The position numbers and the translations under genes are program-made. Below are positions 56,613 to 64,000 of a stretch of DNA of 64,000 nt, in pieces (the first letter of the stretch is position 1; the number at the start of each line of letters is the position of its first letter). The notes beneath the pieces were generated by a model. The model worked only from the letters and a program-made list of their open reading frames with translations, was not told the origin of the DNA and did not search any database. This stretch comes from a virus, in the IMG/VR virus record IMGVR_UViG_3300045988_171858; one strand, given 5' to 3'.

Positions 56613-58151
56613 TTATTCCTGACGGTCAATATAAAGGGCATCCAAGAAATCTTTCTCAAAAGAGAATACCGAAGCAGTATGTTTTTTAGTGCCATTGGAG
56701 AATTCTTTAACAAGGCCGACGGACAAATGGACTTTGCCGCCTTCCTCGTAAACATTTGTAGTCCACATTTTGTAACCGGAAGGATTGTCCGCAATAAACA
56801 TTTCAGCAAATTTGTCTATCGCCGCATATAGCTCTTGATCTTCATCATCACTATCACGCCCGTAAGGCCATCGGTAATTGATTGGAAGATTTTTAGCCAT
56901 AATGCAGATATCTTTATAGCTCAATCCGGTTGGGTCAAAGATATCCTTGTCCATTTTTAAATCCAATTCACCGGCAACCAATTTATCCCAAAGCTTACAC
57001 TTATCGTCAAAATAGGAATGCAAAATGATATCTGGATTGAACAATACCGAAATGTCACTATTAATACGAATTGCGTAGTCAATGATGCCCTTTTCGGAAG
57101 GCGTATATTCACGGCGTTCTTTGACAATGTCAAGACATTTTTTACGACTCTTAGAATCAACCTTCGAGTAATGGCGGGCAGTGAAATCAAAGACTTTACG
57201 CTTGCCAAGGGTAGAATACTCAAATTTAGAGTCATCAGCTTTGGGATAGAAGTATTGCGTCTTTTTATAATTCAAGTAGAGGCCGCCCTTGTTTAAGGCT
57301 TTTTCAAATTCAGCATAAATAGCCTTAATATCATGTTCCCTGCCGGCAAGAATTAAATCATCCACATATACATAAACCCGCGAAGATGTAACACCCGCCA
57401 TAGCCTTATCAAAGTGATGAAAGATCGTATTGTACAAATGGTAATTCGCCAACTCATTCGCATATCTCGCACCAGTAGGAACGGCACCATTGTGAAAGAG
57501 GCAACTCAAAAATGCCCACAATCCAATTTCAAGGCGCTCAAACTTTTTGTGGTCTTCCAGTTCGAATTTGCATTCGCTGAACAACGGAAGATTTTTAATC
57601 AAAAATGTTTTAGGTGCAAGCTGCATTACCTTTTCAAATCTTACAGATTTAAAGAAGGCAGAAATATCCGACTTAATAACCATTTCATTGTAATTATTAG
57701 TCGCTACATGATTTGTATTGTGGATATTGTGCATAAACCGTAAATTTGGAGTCATCCAACGTAAGGTATTCCGAATACGATTATGAGCCCGTTTAATATT
57801 CTCACAATCATCTTCAGAAATCTTTTTGTTGATATAACAAACCTCACGGCCTTTATCTGTCACAAAATTACGGAAAAGAAGAGTGTTATTGCAATTACCG
57901 ACAAAGTCAGCAAGAGTTTTAACCATTCTTGAGTATTCCTCAAAATCCGGAGTCAACAAGCCATTTACACCATTAAGGGATTCGATTGCCTTCAGGACAT
58001 CTTCCTTAGGTGTCTTGTTAAAAAGTTTCTCCGGGAATGTGGAATCAATATCGCATTCACCATCTTCAATTTTTTTGATGATGTCTAAAAATGTTTGGGC
58101 CAAATAAACAATTGGCGTAATGAACTCTAAATGAATATCTACTGCGTCCAT
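56613..58151 (-). CDS. reverse transcriptase (512 aa, unclassified lineage)
   Basis: RT motifs A (IKSDISAFFKSV), B (GAVPTGARYANELAN), C (VYVYVDDLILAG) and E (LYLNYKKTQ). Confidence 0.85.
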   Translation of the reverse strand: MDAVDIHLEFITPIVYLAQTFLDIIKKIEDGECDIDSTFPEKLFNKTPKEDVLKAIESLNGVNGLLTPDFEEYSRMVKTLADFVGNCNNTLLFRNFVTDKGREVCYINKKISEDDCENIKRAHNRIRNTLRWMTPNLRFMHNIHNTNHVATNNYNEMVIKSDISAFFKSVRFEKVMQLAPKTFLIKNLPLFSECKFELEDHKKFERLEIGLWAFLSCLFHNGAVPTGARYANELANYHLYNTIFHHFDKAMAGVTSSRVYVYVDDLILAGREHDIKAIYAEFEKALNKGGLYLNYKKTQYFYPKADDSKFEYSTLGKRKVFDFTARHYSKVDSKSRKKCLDIVKERREYTPSEKGIIDYAIRINSDISVLFNPDIILHSYFDDKCKLWDKLVAGELDLKMDKDIFDPTGLSYKDICIMAKNLPINYRWPYGRDSDDEDQELYAAIDKFAEMFIADNPSGYKMWTTNVYEEGGKVHLSVGLVKEFSNGTKKHTASVFSFEKDFLDALYIDRQE

Positions 58152-58206
58152 TTAACTTCCTTGAAAGTGAAAGAGCGGCCGACACATTTAATATGCCGGC
58201 CATCTA

Positions 58207-58815
58207 TTAGATAATTGCAATGTTTTTCAGAACAACTTCAACAGTCGGCATTGGAAGACAATTGAAATTAATACGAGCAGGAATAGAATCCGGTTGGCTC
58301 ATAAACGAGCATAACCAGTTGTGTCCAACAAGGGCAGCAGTATCATTTGCCACCAAGAATTGTTCTTCCAGAGCTTCATCGGTATCTGCCTCTGCACAAG
58401 AATACAGCTTAACTTCTTCTTCCTGAGTCAGAGTTTCCGGAGACATAGAAAAGAATTTCAATCTCCAGAATTCTTCATTTGTTGCTCTTCCATACGGCGT
58501 TGCAAACAGTTGGCCATGAGCCAGTTCATTGCCAATATCGACAATCCATCCGCTCATACTGAGAGAGTGGACCGCGCGGCGGGCATTTTGATTGTCCACC
58601 AAATTGAACACCACAACTTTATCGCAGTGTTCAATCATGCTGTTCAGAACACCAATATAGGTGAAATGGGCCGGATCAGAATTGGATTTCATTGTCAAAT
58701 ATTTATCCAGATATTGAACTTCAATATCCTTCATTACAGGGCCGTAACGCAAAGCCATAACTTCTGCTTTGTTACTGCCAATGTCCGGCTCAATAAAGTT
58801 CTGCCGAATCAAGTT
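58207..58815 (-). CDS. E1-like (ThiF/MoeB family) adenylyltransferase, exon 2
   Basis: Begins NLIRQNFIEPDIGSNKAEV, which is the second half of the 'D.D.V..sNL.RQ.....diG..Ka' motif. Confidence 0.75.
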   Translation of the reverse strand, partial: NLIRQNFIEPDIGSNKAEVMALRYGPVMKDIEVQYLDKYLTMKSNSDPAHFTYIGVLNSMIEHCDKVVVFNLVDNQNARRAVHSLSMSGWIVDIGNELAHGQLFATPYGRATNEEFWRLKFFSMSPETLTQEEEVKLYSCAEADTDEALEEQFLVANDTAALVGHNWLCSFMSQPDSIPARINFNCLPMPTVEVVLKNIAII

Positions 58816-60044
58816 CTTAGGTTCGCTTATTGTTACTCTTTGCCATTGATAAAAAGTTTTTATACTTTCTATCCAAATATATCTTAGAGTCTAAATAAAG
58901 ATAATTTAAAACTTTCAAAACATTGTCATTGCCAGATAAGGACAATTCATAACAACAGTTTTCTGTATTAAATCTCTTTTTAAGTTTTTTAGAAGTGGAA
59001 AATCCCATTGAGTTGAAAATCCCCATCAGGCCCAGAAGAAATTCTTCTGTTCCACATATCGTCATTGATGACCTGTAATAACCGTCATTATGAAGATATT
59101 TTCCAAAAGATCCATCGCCATCTATATAGCCTCTTATAAAATGCCTATAAAGAGAGCTATCGATTTCTGGGATTCTAAAGTTCACCGTTTTGTCTCTTAC
59201 AAAACCTAAAGACCTTAAACTGGAAATCATTTCCTTTGTCCCGAATGCGAATCTAGCAAACTTTGATTCTTTATCTAAGCTAAAAGAATTTCCAGTATAA
59301 AATTTTATACCCTTATTTATACCAATACTGCTTCTAATCTTTTCGATAATATCAATATCTTTAGACGATAGCGATATTATTATTTCCTTGTCAGAAACAT
59401 GACCGTCAGCAGCTATGAACCCAAGGGTATAGGCCTTTTCTTCAGTGTCAATTGAGGAAAAGTATTGAGGATCTTCGTAATTCTTATGGTTATAGTTGTA
59501 TCTTCCAGATAGATTATGCCTTCTAGCGAATGCATTTACATTTACTAAGGAACATCCGTATTTTCGGGCAACATCAATACTAGGAATGTTATTGCATATA
59601 TCTATCATCATGCAAATATTCTTAGATGACATATGCTTAAATCCAAGCTCTTTTATCCTTCTTTCTGCTGTTCTTTCCGAAACATCAAAAAACTTAGAAA
59701 CAAGACTCTTGTCTATATAACCATTGTAAGAGTTATTTTTAATGTACTCTAAAATATTTTGTTTTATTTTCATGTGTGCCCTAATAAAATTAATCAAGTC
59801 TATTTGACATGAAAAACATTATACGACACTATTTGGCAAATGGCAAGGTCGTTTCTGTTCCGCCTTGCTCTGTATCTCATATATGCATATTTCCGATACA
59901 GTACAGACTATCGCTTCACTATAAAAGTGTTCACCCGCATTAGTCGTTCACGCTGCACGAGAATGATCTCTGCTTGCGCCTTGTCTTCTGTTATGCCAGA
60001 GGTCCAAGTCAATTAGGGCAAATTTATACACGGCCGGTTAGAGA
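58816..60044 (-). mobile_element. group I intron (1229 nt) with LAGLIDADG ORF in the E1-like gene
   Basis: The core lies at the 5' end, with R GCGUGAACGACUAAUGCGG and S GAAGCGAUAGUCUGUAC. The ORF occupies the 3' kb. Terminal G at 58816. Splicing gives DGDTVNLN|NLIRQ. Confidence 0.75.
58817..59797 (-). CDS. LAGLIDADG homing endonuclease (326 aa, double motif, N-terminal HTH-like region)
   Basis: The two LAGLIDADG motifs are AYTLGFIAADGHVS and FIRGYIDGDGSFG. The stop codon ends 1 nt before the inferred 3' splice site. Confidence 0.8.
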   Translation of the reverse strand: MINFIRAHMKIKQNILEYIKNNSYNGYIDKSLVSKFFDVSERTAERRIKELGFKHMSSKNICMMIDICNNIPSIDVARKYGCSLVNVNAFARRHNLSGRYNYNHKNYEDPQYFSSIDTEEKAYTLGFIAADGHVSDKEIIISLSSKDIDIIEKIRSSIGINKGIKFYTGNSFSLDKESKFARFAFGTKEMISSLRSLGFVRDKTVNFRIPEIDSSLYRHFIRGYIDGDGSFGKYLHNDGYYRSSMTICGTEEFLLGLMGIFNSMGFSTSKKLKKRFNTENCCYELSLSGNDNVLKVLNYLYLDSKIYLDRKYKNFLSMAKSNNKRT

Positions 60045-60344
60045 ATTCAGGTTAACCGTGTCGCCGTCCACAAGGATCAAAGAGAACTTGTGTGACAGCA
60101 AATTCTTGCGCTTCATGTCATTGATGGTTTTAGCCAGCTTTGGAATCAGCCAAGAGCCTGTTCCGCCGCAACCAACCACAACAATTTTATCCAAAAGCCT
60201 AAAGGTTCGTGCAGATTCTTCACCGGAAAGCCTTTCCATCAGCTTTCCCGATTCATATTCTTCCACGCCTTTTTGATGAGCGTCAATTTCTTCCTGAGTA
60301 GAAAGGAACTCGATGATCTTTCCACGAATAGATGTTCTTTCCAT
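60045..60344 (-). CDS. E1-like (ThiF/MoeB family) adenylyltransferase, exon 1
   Basis: ATG at 60344 (AAGGAAAA SD) lies 14 nt after the JAB stop. Rossmann loop KIVVVGCGGTGSW. Ends LVDGDTVNLN. Confidence 0.75.
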
Positions 60345-60357
60345 TAATGATTTTCCT

Positions 60358-61284
60358 TTAAAATTTTTCCAGATAAGCAGCAATACGCTCAGGCAGGCAT
60401 AAATATTTAATGCCGTGAGCATCAAGCTCTTTCGACAACGGATTACTGCTCGTAATAAACGAGTCTTCTACGGCAAAAATAGAGGATGCAAGCGCAATAC
60501 ACAATGCTTTTGAAGGGTCTGCAATTTTATCAATACCGCTTCTCTCACCGGAGTGGATATCCGAAATTGATTCTACCAAATTCGACATAAAAATTTGCAA
60601 GCCGGACGAGAATACGCGGTACGGATGACCTTCAGGCAGCTCGATCGCATTGATAAAATCAGAAGCGGCAGCTTCAATTTGTTTAAACTCTTCATCGGCA
60701 TACAGAAGAGTGTCATATGGTTTATAAAAACCGCGAAGAATAGACGAAATCCAATGATACTTCGCTTTGTCCGCAGCTGCCTCGTTCCCGAGGGTCCAGT
60801 TATCCTCTACATCGCTAGGAGTTACAACTTTAGCATTTGTACCACCAGCAACATTATTCCAATGATCATAGTGGCCATAGTAAGGATAATCCCCATAGCC
60901 GGCGTAGTAATCATAATCTTCAACATCGCCGCCATAATAGTAGTCTTTGACTTTGGAGACGTTTGCCGCTGGCTTGCCGCCCGTGCTAGGAAACCCTTTC
61001 GATTTTGTCTTGTCATAATTGCCATACGCTCCATAGTTATAGACCTTAGCTTTAACTTTTGCATAGTCTTCTTCGGGAATTTCGAACAAGAATTCGCAAC
61101 CTTCGGTAAATTCGAAGATGTCTTCCAGAGCCAAAGGAATCAATGCATCAGCACAGCAAACGCGTTGAACGGTTTTATATGTAAAGGTATTGTCGGCAGT
61201 ATTGTTTACCAAATTGCCAAATACAAACGAGTAAATGCCGTGTTTGCCTTTCTCGTCTGAGTTGTCTGTGCCGGAATAGAATGC
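60358..61284 (-). CDS. JAB/JAMM-domain protein, exon 2 (rest of the JAMM motif, Tyr/Gly/Asp-rich linker, C-terminal domain)
   Basis: The frame extended upstream of the ORF-track start reads AFYSGTDNSDEKGKHGIYSFVFGNL.., supplying the Sx2D part of the motif. Confidence 0.75.
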   Translation of the reverse strand, partial: AFYSGTDNSDEKGKHGIYSFVFGNLVNNTADNTFTYKTVQRVCCADALIPLALEDIFEFTEGCEFLFEIPEEDYAKVKAKVYNYGAYGNYDKTKSKGFPSTGGKPAANVSKVKDYYYGGDVEDYDYYAGYGDYPYYGHYDHWNNVAGGTNAKVVTPSDVEDNWTLGNEAAADKAKYHWISSILRGFYKPYDTLLYADEEFKQIEAAASDFINAIELPEGHPYRVFSSGLQIFMSNLVESISDIHSGERSGIDKIADPSKALCIALASSIFAVEDSFITSSNPLSKELDAHGIKYLCLPERIAAYLEKF

Positions 61285-61590
61285 CTTTTTACTATTCCTC
61301 TTACGTTTAGGTTCGACTAACCTAAATCCGCCCTTTCGGTATTGAGATTGTTACGTCATCTCGCGGTGTGGGACTATATCATCACTGATTGTTATCAGTG
61401 CCTTGCGCTTCGGGGCACATCCCTACTCTACTCGATTCTATGTAATTAATTACAAAGTCTTTCGATAGTCTCTGATCGTCCCTTACAGATAAATTATATT
61501 CATCTATTAAGGTTTCGATGCTGATTGCCCTAGACAATTTGTCCTTAAGGGTTTCCAGCAATTCACAAGGTTTTAAATGGGCACATGTTT
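61285..61590 (-). mobile_element. group I intron (family 1, 306 nt, no ORF) in the JAB gene
   Basis: 5' splice site GGU|AAACAUG, P GAAUUGCUGGAAAC, Q GGCAAUCAGCAUC, R GAUCAGAGACUAUCG, S GAUGAUAUAGUCCCAC, 3' end AGUAAAAAG|GCA. Confidence 0.85.
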
Positions 61591-62058
61591 ACCCATTGTA
61601 TGATGTGAGTGTGATGTCAATACCAACACTTTATTAGGGTCATCATACCAACCGCCAGTTCTTTGATAAGTGATAGACGCACCGGCAACTTCTTGTTCTG
61701 GGACCTCAACGAGATACTTCTGCTCTTCTTTATCCCACCAGATTTGGGCCATCACTTCATTTTTGTTAGTTTCATAAATCTTGCGATAGAAACGGATAAT
61801 TCCGTAGAACAATTCGCCAGGAATCTTTGGAATTTCCAATGATTGGGTGAAACTTTCAGACATCTGAGGCATACCAATCATTTTGGTTTTAAAGCTTTCT
61901 GCCTTAATCCAGAAATCACCAATAGTGGCGCGGACCAGTTTGTAGACACCATCTTCAGCGACAATAGAATCGCCATCTTCAGCTTCTTCTTTCGTCTTTA
62001 CAATCTGCGGCACACGAAAATCCATTTCGGCCATCAGGTCTTCAATGCTTAAACTCAT
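61591..62058 (-). CDS. JAB/JAMM-domain protein, exon 1
   Basis: Conserved Glu (KNEVMAQIWW) and HSHHTMG at the exon end. The frame stops 5 codons into the intron. Confidence 0.8.
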
Positions 62059-62089
62059 AATATTTTTCCTTTAATCTGTGAAACAAAAA

Positions 62090-62809
62090 TTACATCATAA
62101 CGCCGCCAACGAGACATTGATATGAGTCCAGGATTTCAGAGCTCAAATCGAAATCTTCGTCTTTTTCATACTTCATTGCAAAGTACCGAACAGTTGAATT
62201 TTCAGCAGAACAGTTGGAAGCACTTGGCTTGATTTTATCCCAAATAGCATCAGTAAAATGATACTGGTTATGCAGGTCGCCGTTAAATATCGAACCAAAG
62301 AAGATTTGCGGCAATTGCTCAATATCAAAGAGGTCGCCTCTCTTCATGATTTCATTAACGGAGTCTTCATTCCGGCCCCAACAAACCCCATAAGAGGGGT
62401 TGTAGTTGTTCATCTTTAAATCCCAAAGTTTTGTGCTTGGATTGATTTCATTTCCATCGCAGATAAAGATAGAGCTTTTCTCACGCAAGAAGTTACCGTT
62501 TGCACTTGCAACGGCCTTCATAACGATGCCTGGAAGTTTAACCTGATATGGTTCACCACCACGATACTGCACTTGGAACGCGCGGGATGGTTGATAAATC
62601 AAGTAGCCCTTGTATTCTGAGTTTTCCCAAATGCGCAGAATATTCTGAGGAATCAAACCTGAATCCTTATTCTCGCCATTGGGACCGGCCAACGCAGCAG
62701 CCGCAGCCTTAGCTGTAACCATTTTTGATGTTCTGCGACCTTGAGTATCGGTAACATGAAGAACAACTTTGTCCTTATTTAGGACTTCAATATTGATTTT
62801 TCCTTGCAT
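62090..62809 (-). CDS. hypothetical protein (239 aa); candidate E2-like partner, C-terminus ..CLVGGVMM
   Basis: Cys in an HPN-like context (NNYNPSYGVCWGRN). Its position is immediately upstream of the JAB and E1-like genes. The fold assignment is unverified. Confidence 0.7.
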   Translation of the reverse strand: MQGKINIEVLNKDKVVLHVTDTQGRRTSKMVTAKAAAAALAGPNGENKDSGLIPQNILRIWENSEYKGYLIYQPSRAFQVQYRGGEPYQVKLPGIVMKAVASANGNFLREKSSIFICDGNEINPSTKLWDLKMNNYNPSYGVCWGRNEDSVNEIMKRGDLFDIEQLPQIFFGSIFNGDLHNQYHFTDAIWDKIKPSASNCSAENSTVRYFAMKYEKDEDFDLSSEILDSYQCLVGGVMM

Positions 62810-62828
62810 TTTTTATTTCCTTTAAAAA

Positions 62829-63452
62829 TTAATAATCGTAGAAATTTCTTGTCGTGAAATACGGGCTCCAGCTATATGAGAAAAATGGCGATGCTGTCCT
62901 TTTGCTATCGTCAGGCTTAAAGTGCTCTTCAAGTTTATATGCAAAAGAGTTCTTAATGCTATCTCTCATGGACTCAAAGGAACTCAAAACCCTTCGTCTT
63001 TTAACGAGAAGCCCGTCGTATATATTTGCACTAGGGTTCATGTCTAGCTCCATTAGATAATAGACGTAATACCTAGTCATACAGTCGGCAACTTCATGGA
63101 CACCCATTTTAATAGGGAGGTTCATTCTTCTCAGGTATGTAAGGCAATCTGTATTTGCATCGTATAAACGGGCACTTAAATTTATATAATACCCATCTAC
63201 TCCTTCGTACATGGCAGTTGCTAGCTCTTGGCTAATAAGATTTCTGCCTGTAGCCGCTCTTGTATCGTCAAATTTCATCGGCACATGGACAGCAGACCCA
63301 ATAAGAATCTTTCTGCGACGATTCATACGAATAGCAAAAACATCAGGAACCACATTAACGAAGTTCTCAATAAGGCCATCGTATTTGGCATCTAGTAGAA
63401 ACCTTGACATAACCAATTTCTGCAATGGATTATGAATATCTAGATCGAACAT
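62829..63452 (-). CDS. hypothetical protein (207 aa)
   Basis: ORF whose start overlaps the upstream gene by 23 nt. Confidence 0.65.
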   Translation of the reverse strand: MFDLDIHNPLQKLVMSRFLLDAKYDGLIENFVNVVPDVFAIRMNRRRKILIGSAVHVPMKFDDTRAATGRNLISQELATAMYEGVDGYYINLSARLYDANTDCLTYLRRMNLPIKMGVHEVADCMTRYYVYYLMELDMNPSANIYDGLLVKRRRVLSSFESMRDSIKNSFAYKLEEHFKPDDSKRTASPFFSYSWSPYFTTRNFYDY

Positions 63453-63981
63453 TTCGACTCCTGTCTATTAAATCAGCAACACGATTCCGACTGTAGCACA
63501 TATTGCTTACGAAATCCTGAAAAGTCAAATTTGCTTTCCGCAATGTTATTACAGGGTGATAATAGATATTCTCTATGCAATGAAAATCGTGGGAAAACAA
63601 ATATACTCCATCATCAGAGATATGGTAGTATATTCTTCTCGCCCCAATTTTTTGCATGATTTCAAACGAAACCGCATTTATTGATTTAGAGCGGATGTGC
63701 ACAAGGTGCAGGTCGTTATCCTTTCTGAAAAACATGATGAAGGATTTAAGTCCCGATATATATATATTCGGGATAACTGCCGGTTCGATTTTAACTGTGG
63801 CGAATACATTTGCAATCGCCCCTGTTTCCCACGCCGAAAATGACGGAGGCGTGATTTTATAATTCTTGCCTAAAAGAACTTCCCCAACCAGACCCAAGTC
63901 CATTTCGTATGGAGTTTCAACACCGGAGCTTTGAATCAGTTTTAACAACATCATTCTTTCATATATTTTATCAAAATCCAT
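63430..63981 (-). CDS. hypothetical protein (183 aa)
   Basis: ORF with GAGGT upstream of its ATG. Confidence 0.65.
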   Translation of the reverse strand: MDFDKIYERMMLLKLIQSSGVETPYEMDLGLVGEVLLGKNYKITPPSFSAWETGAIANVFATVKIEPAVIPNIYISGLKSFIMFFRKDNDLHLVHIRSKSINAVSFEIMQKIGARRIYYHISDDGVYLFSHDFHCIENIYYHPVITLRKANLTFQDFVSNMCYSRNRVADLIDRSRNVRSRYS

Positions 63982-64000
63982 TTCAACCTCATCAATCCTA

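Noticed and set aside
56613-58151. RT as part of a diversity-generating retroelement acting on the tail fibre genes.
   Set aside because: Motif B is PTGARYAN, lacking the DGR-typical (I/L)GxxxSQ. The protein is much longer than DGR RTs. There is no accessory (avd-like) gene, and I could not see a template repeat next to the gene matching any fibre 3' end. A computational repeat search is still advisable.
56591-58206. RT as a group II intron-encoded protein or retron RT.
   Set aside because: There is no domain V/VI-like hairpin and no interrupted host gene flanking it. Motif C is YVDD rather than YADD. No long inverted repeats typical of msr/msd are visible in the short flanks.

Overview
This window is from a large lytic dsDNA phage. 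A spanin pair with a lipobox suggests a Gram-negative host. Bases 1-23200 (+ strand) hold a tail, baseplate and fibre module with tightly coupled ORFs. It includes a 1350-aa fibre, two collagen-like fibres, a 1240-aa beta-helix tailspike and an i-/o-spanin pair, and ends at a bidirectional terminator. Bases 23246-64000 (- strand) hold a nucleotide-metabolism, replication and recombination module: M23 peptidase, dNMP kinase, class Ia RNR nrdA/nrdB with a glutaredoxin, primase-helicase, two Cas4-like nucleases, DnaE-type polymerase, MazG-like NTPase, RecA and RuvC. This arm is heavily colonised by self-splicing elements. I infer 11 group I introns in two sequence families (nrdA 1, dnaE 7, recA 1, JAB 1, E1-like 1 carrying a LAGLIDADG ORF) and 3 inteins (nrdB, dnaE x2). 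All of them sit inside catalytic motifs. Five regions look most novel. (i) A candidate E2-like / JAMM / E1-like cluster lies immediately upstream of an orphan reverse transcriptase. (ii) A seven-gene cassette splits dnaE into two genes with reciprocally degenerate duplicated junctions; it holds a 161-aa ORF, a 70-aa peptide, a 199-aa ORF, a radical-SAM enzyme, a 197-aa ORF, a spermidine-synthase-like enzyme and a 355-aa ORF. (iii) An approx. 8-nt mini-exon is flanked by two introns. (iv) A 0.65-kb GC-rich, hairpin-dense non-coding island lies upstream of nrdB. (v) The orphan reverse transcriptase itself has no recognisable partner element. Intron and exon boundaries come from motif reconstitution, reading-frame arithmetic and P/Q/R/S core elements, so treat them as +/- a few nt. 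No tRNA, rRNA or CRISPR array was seen.
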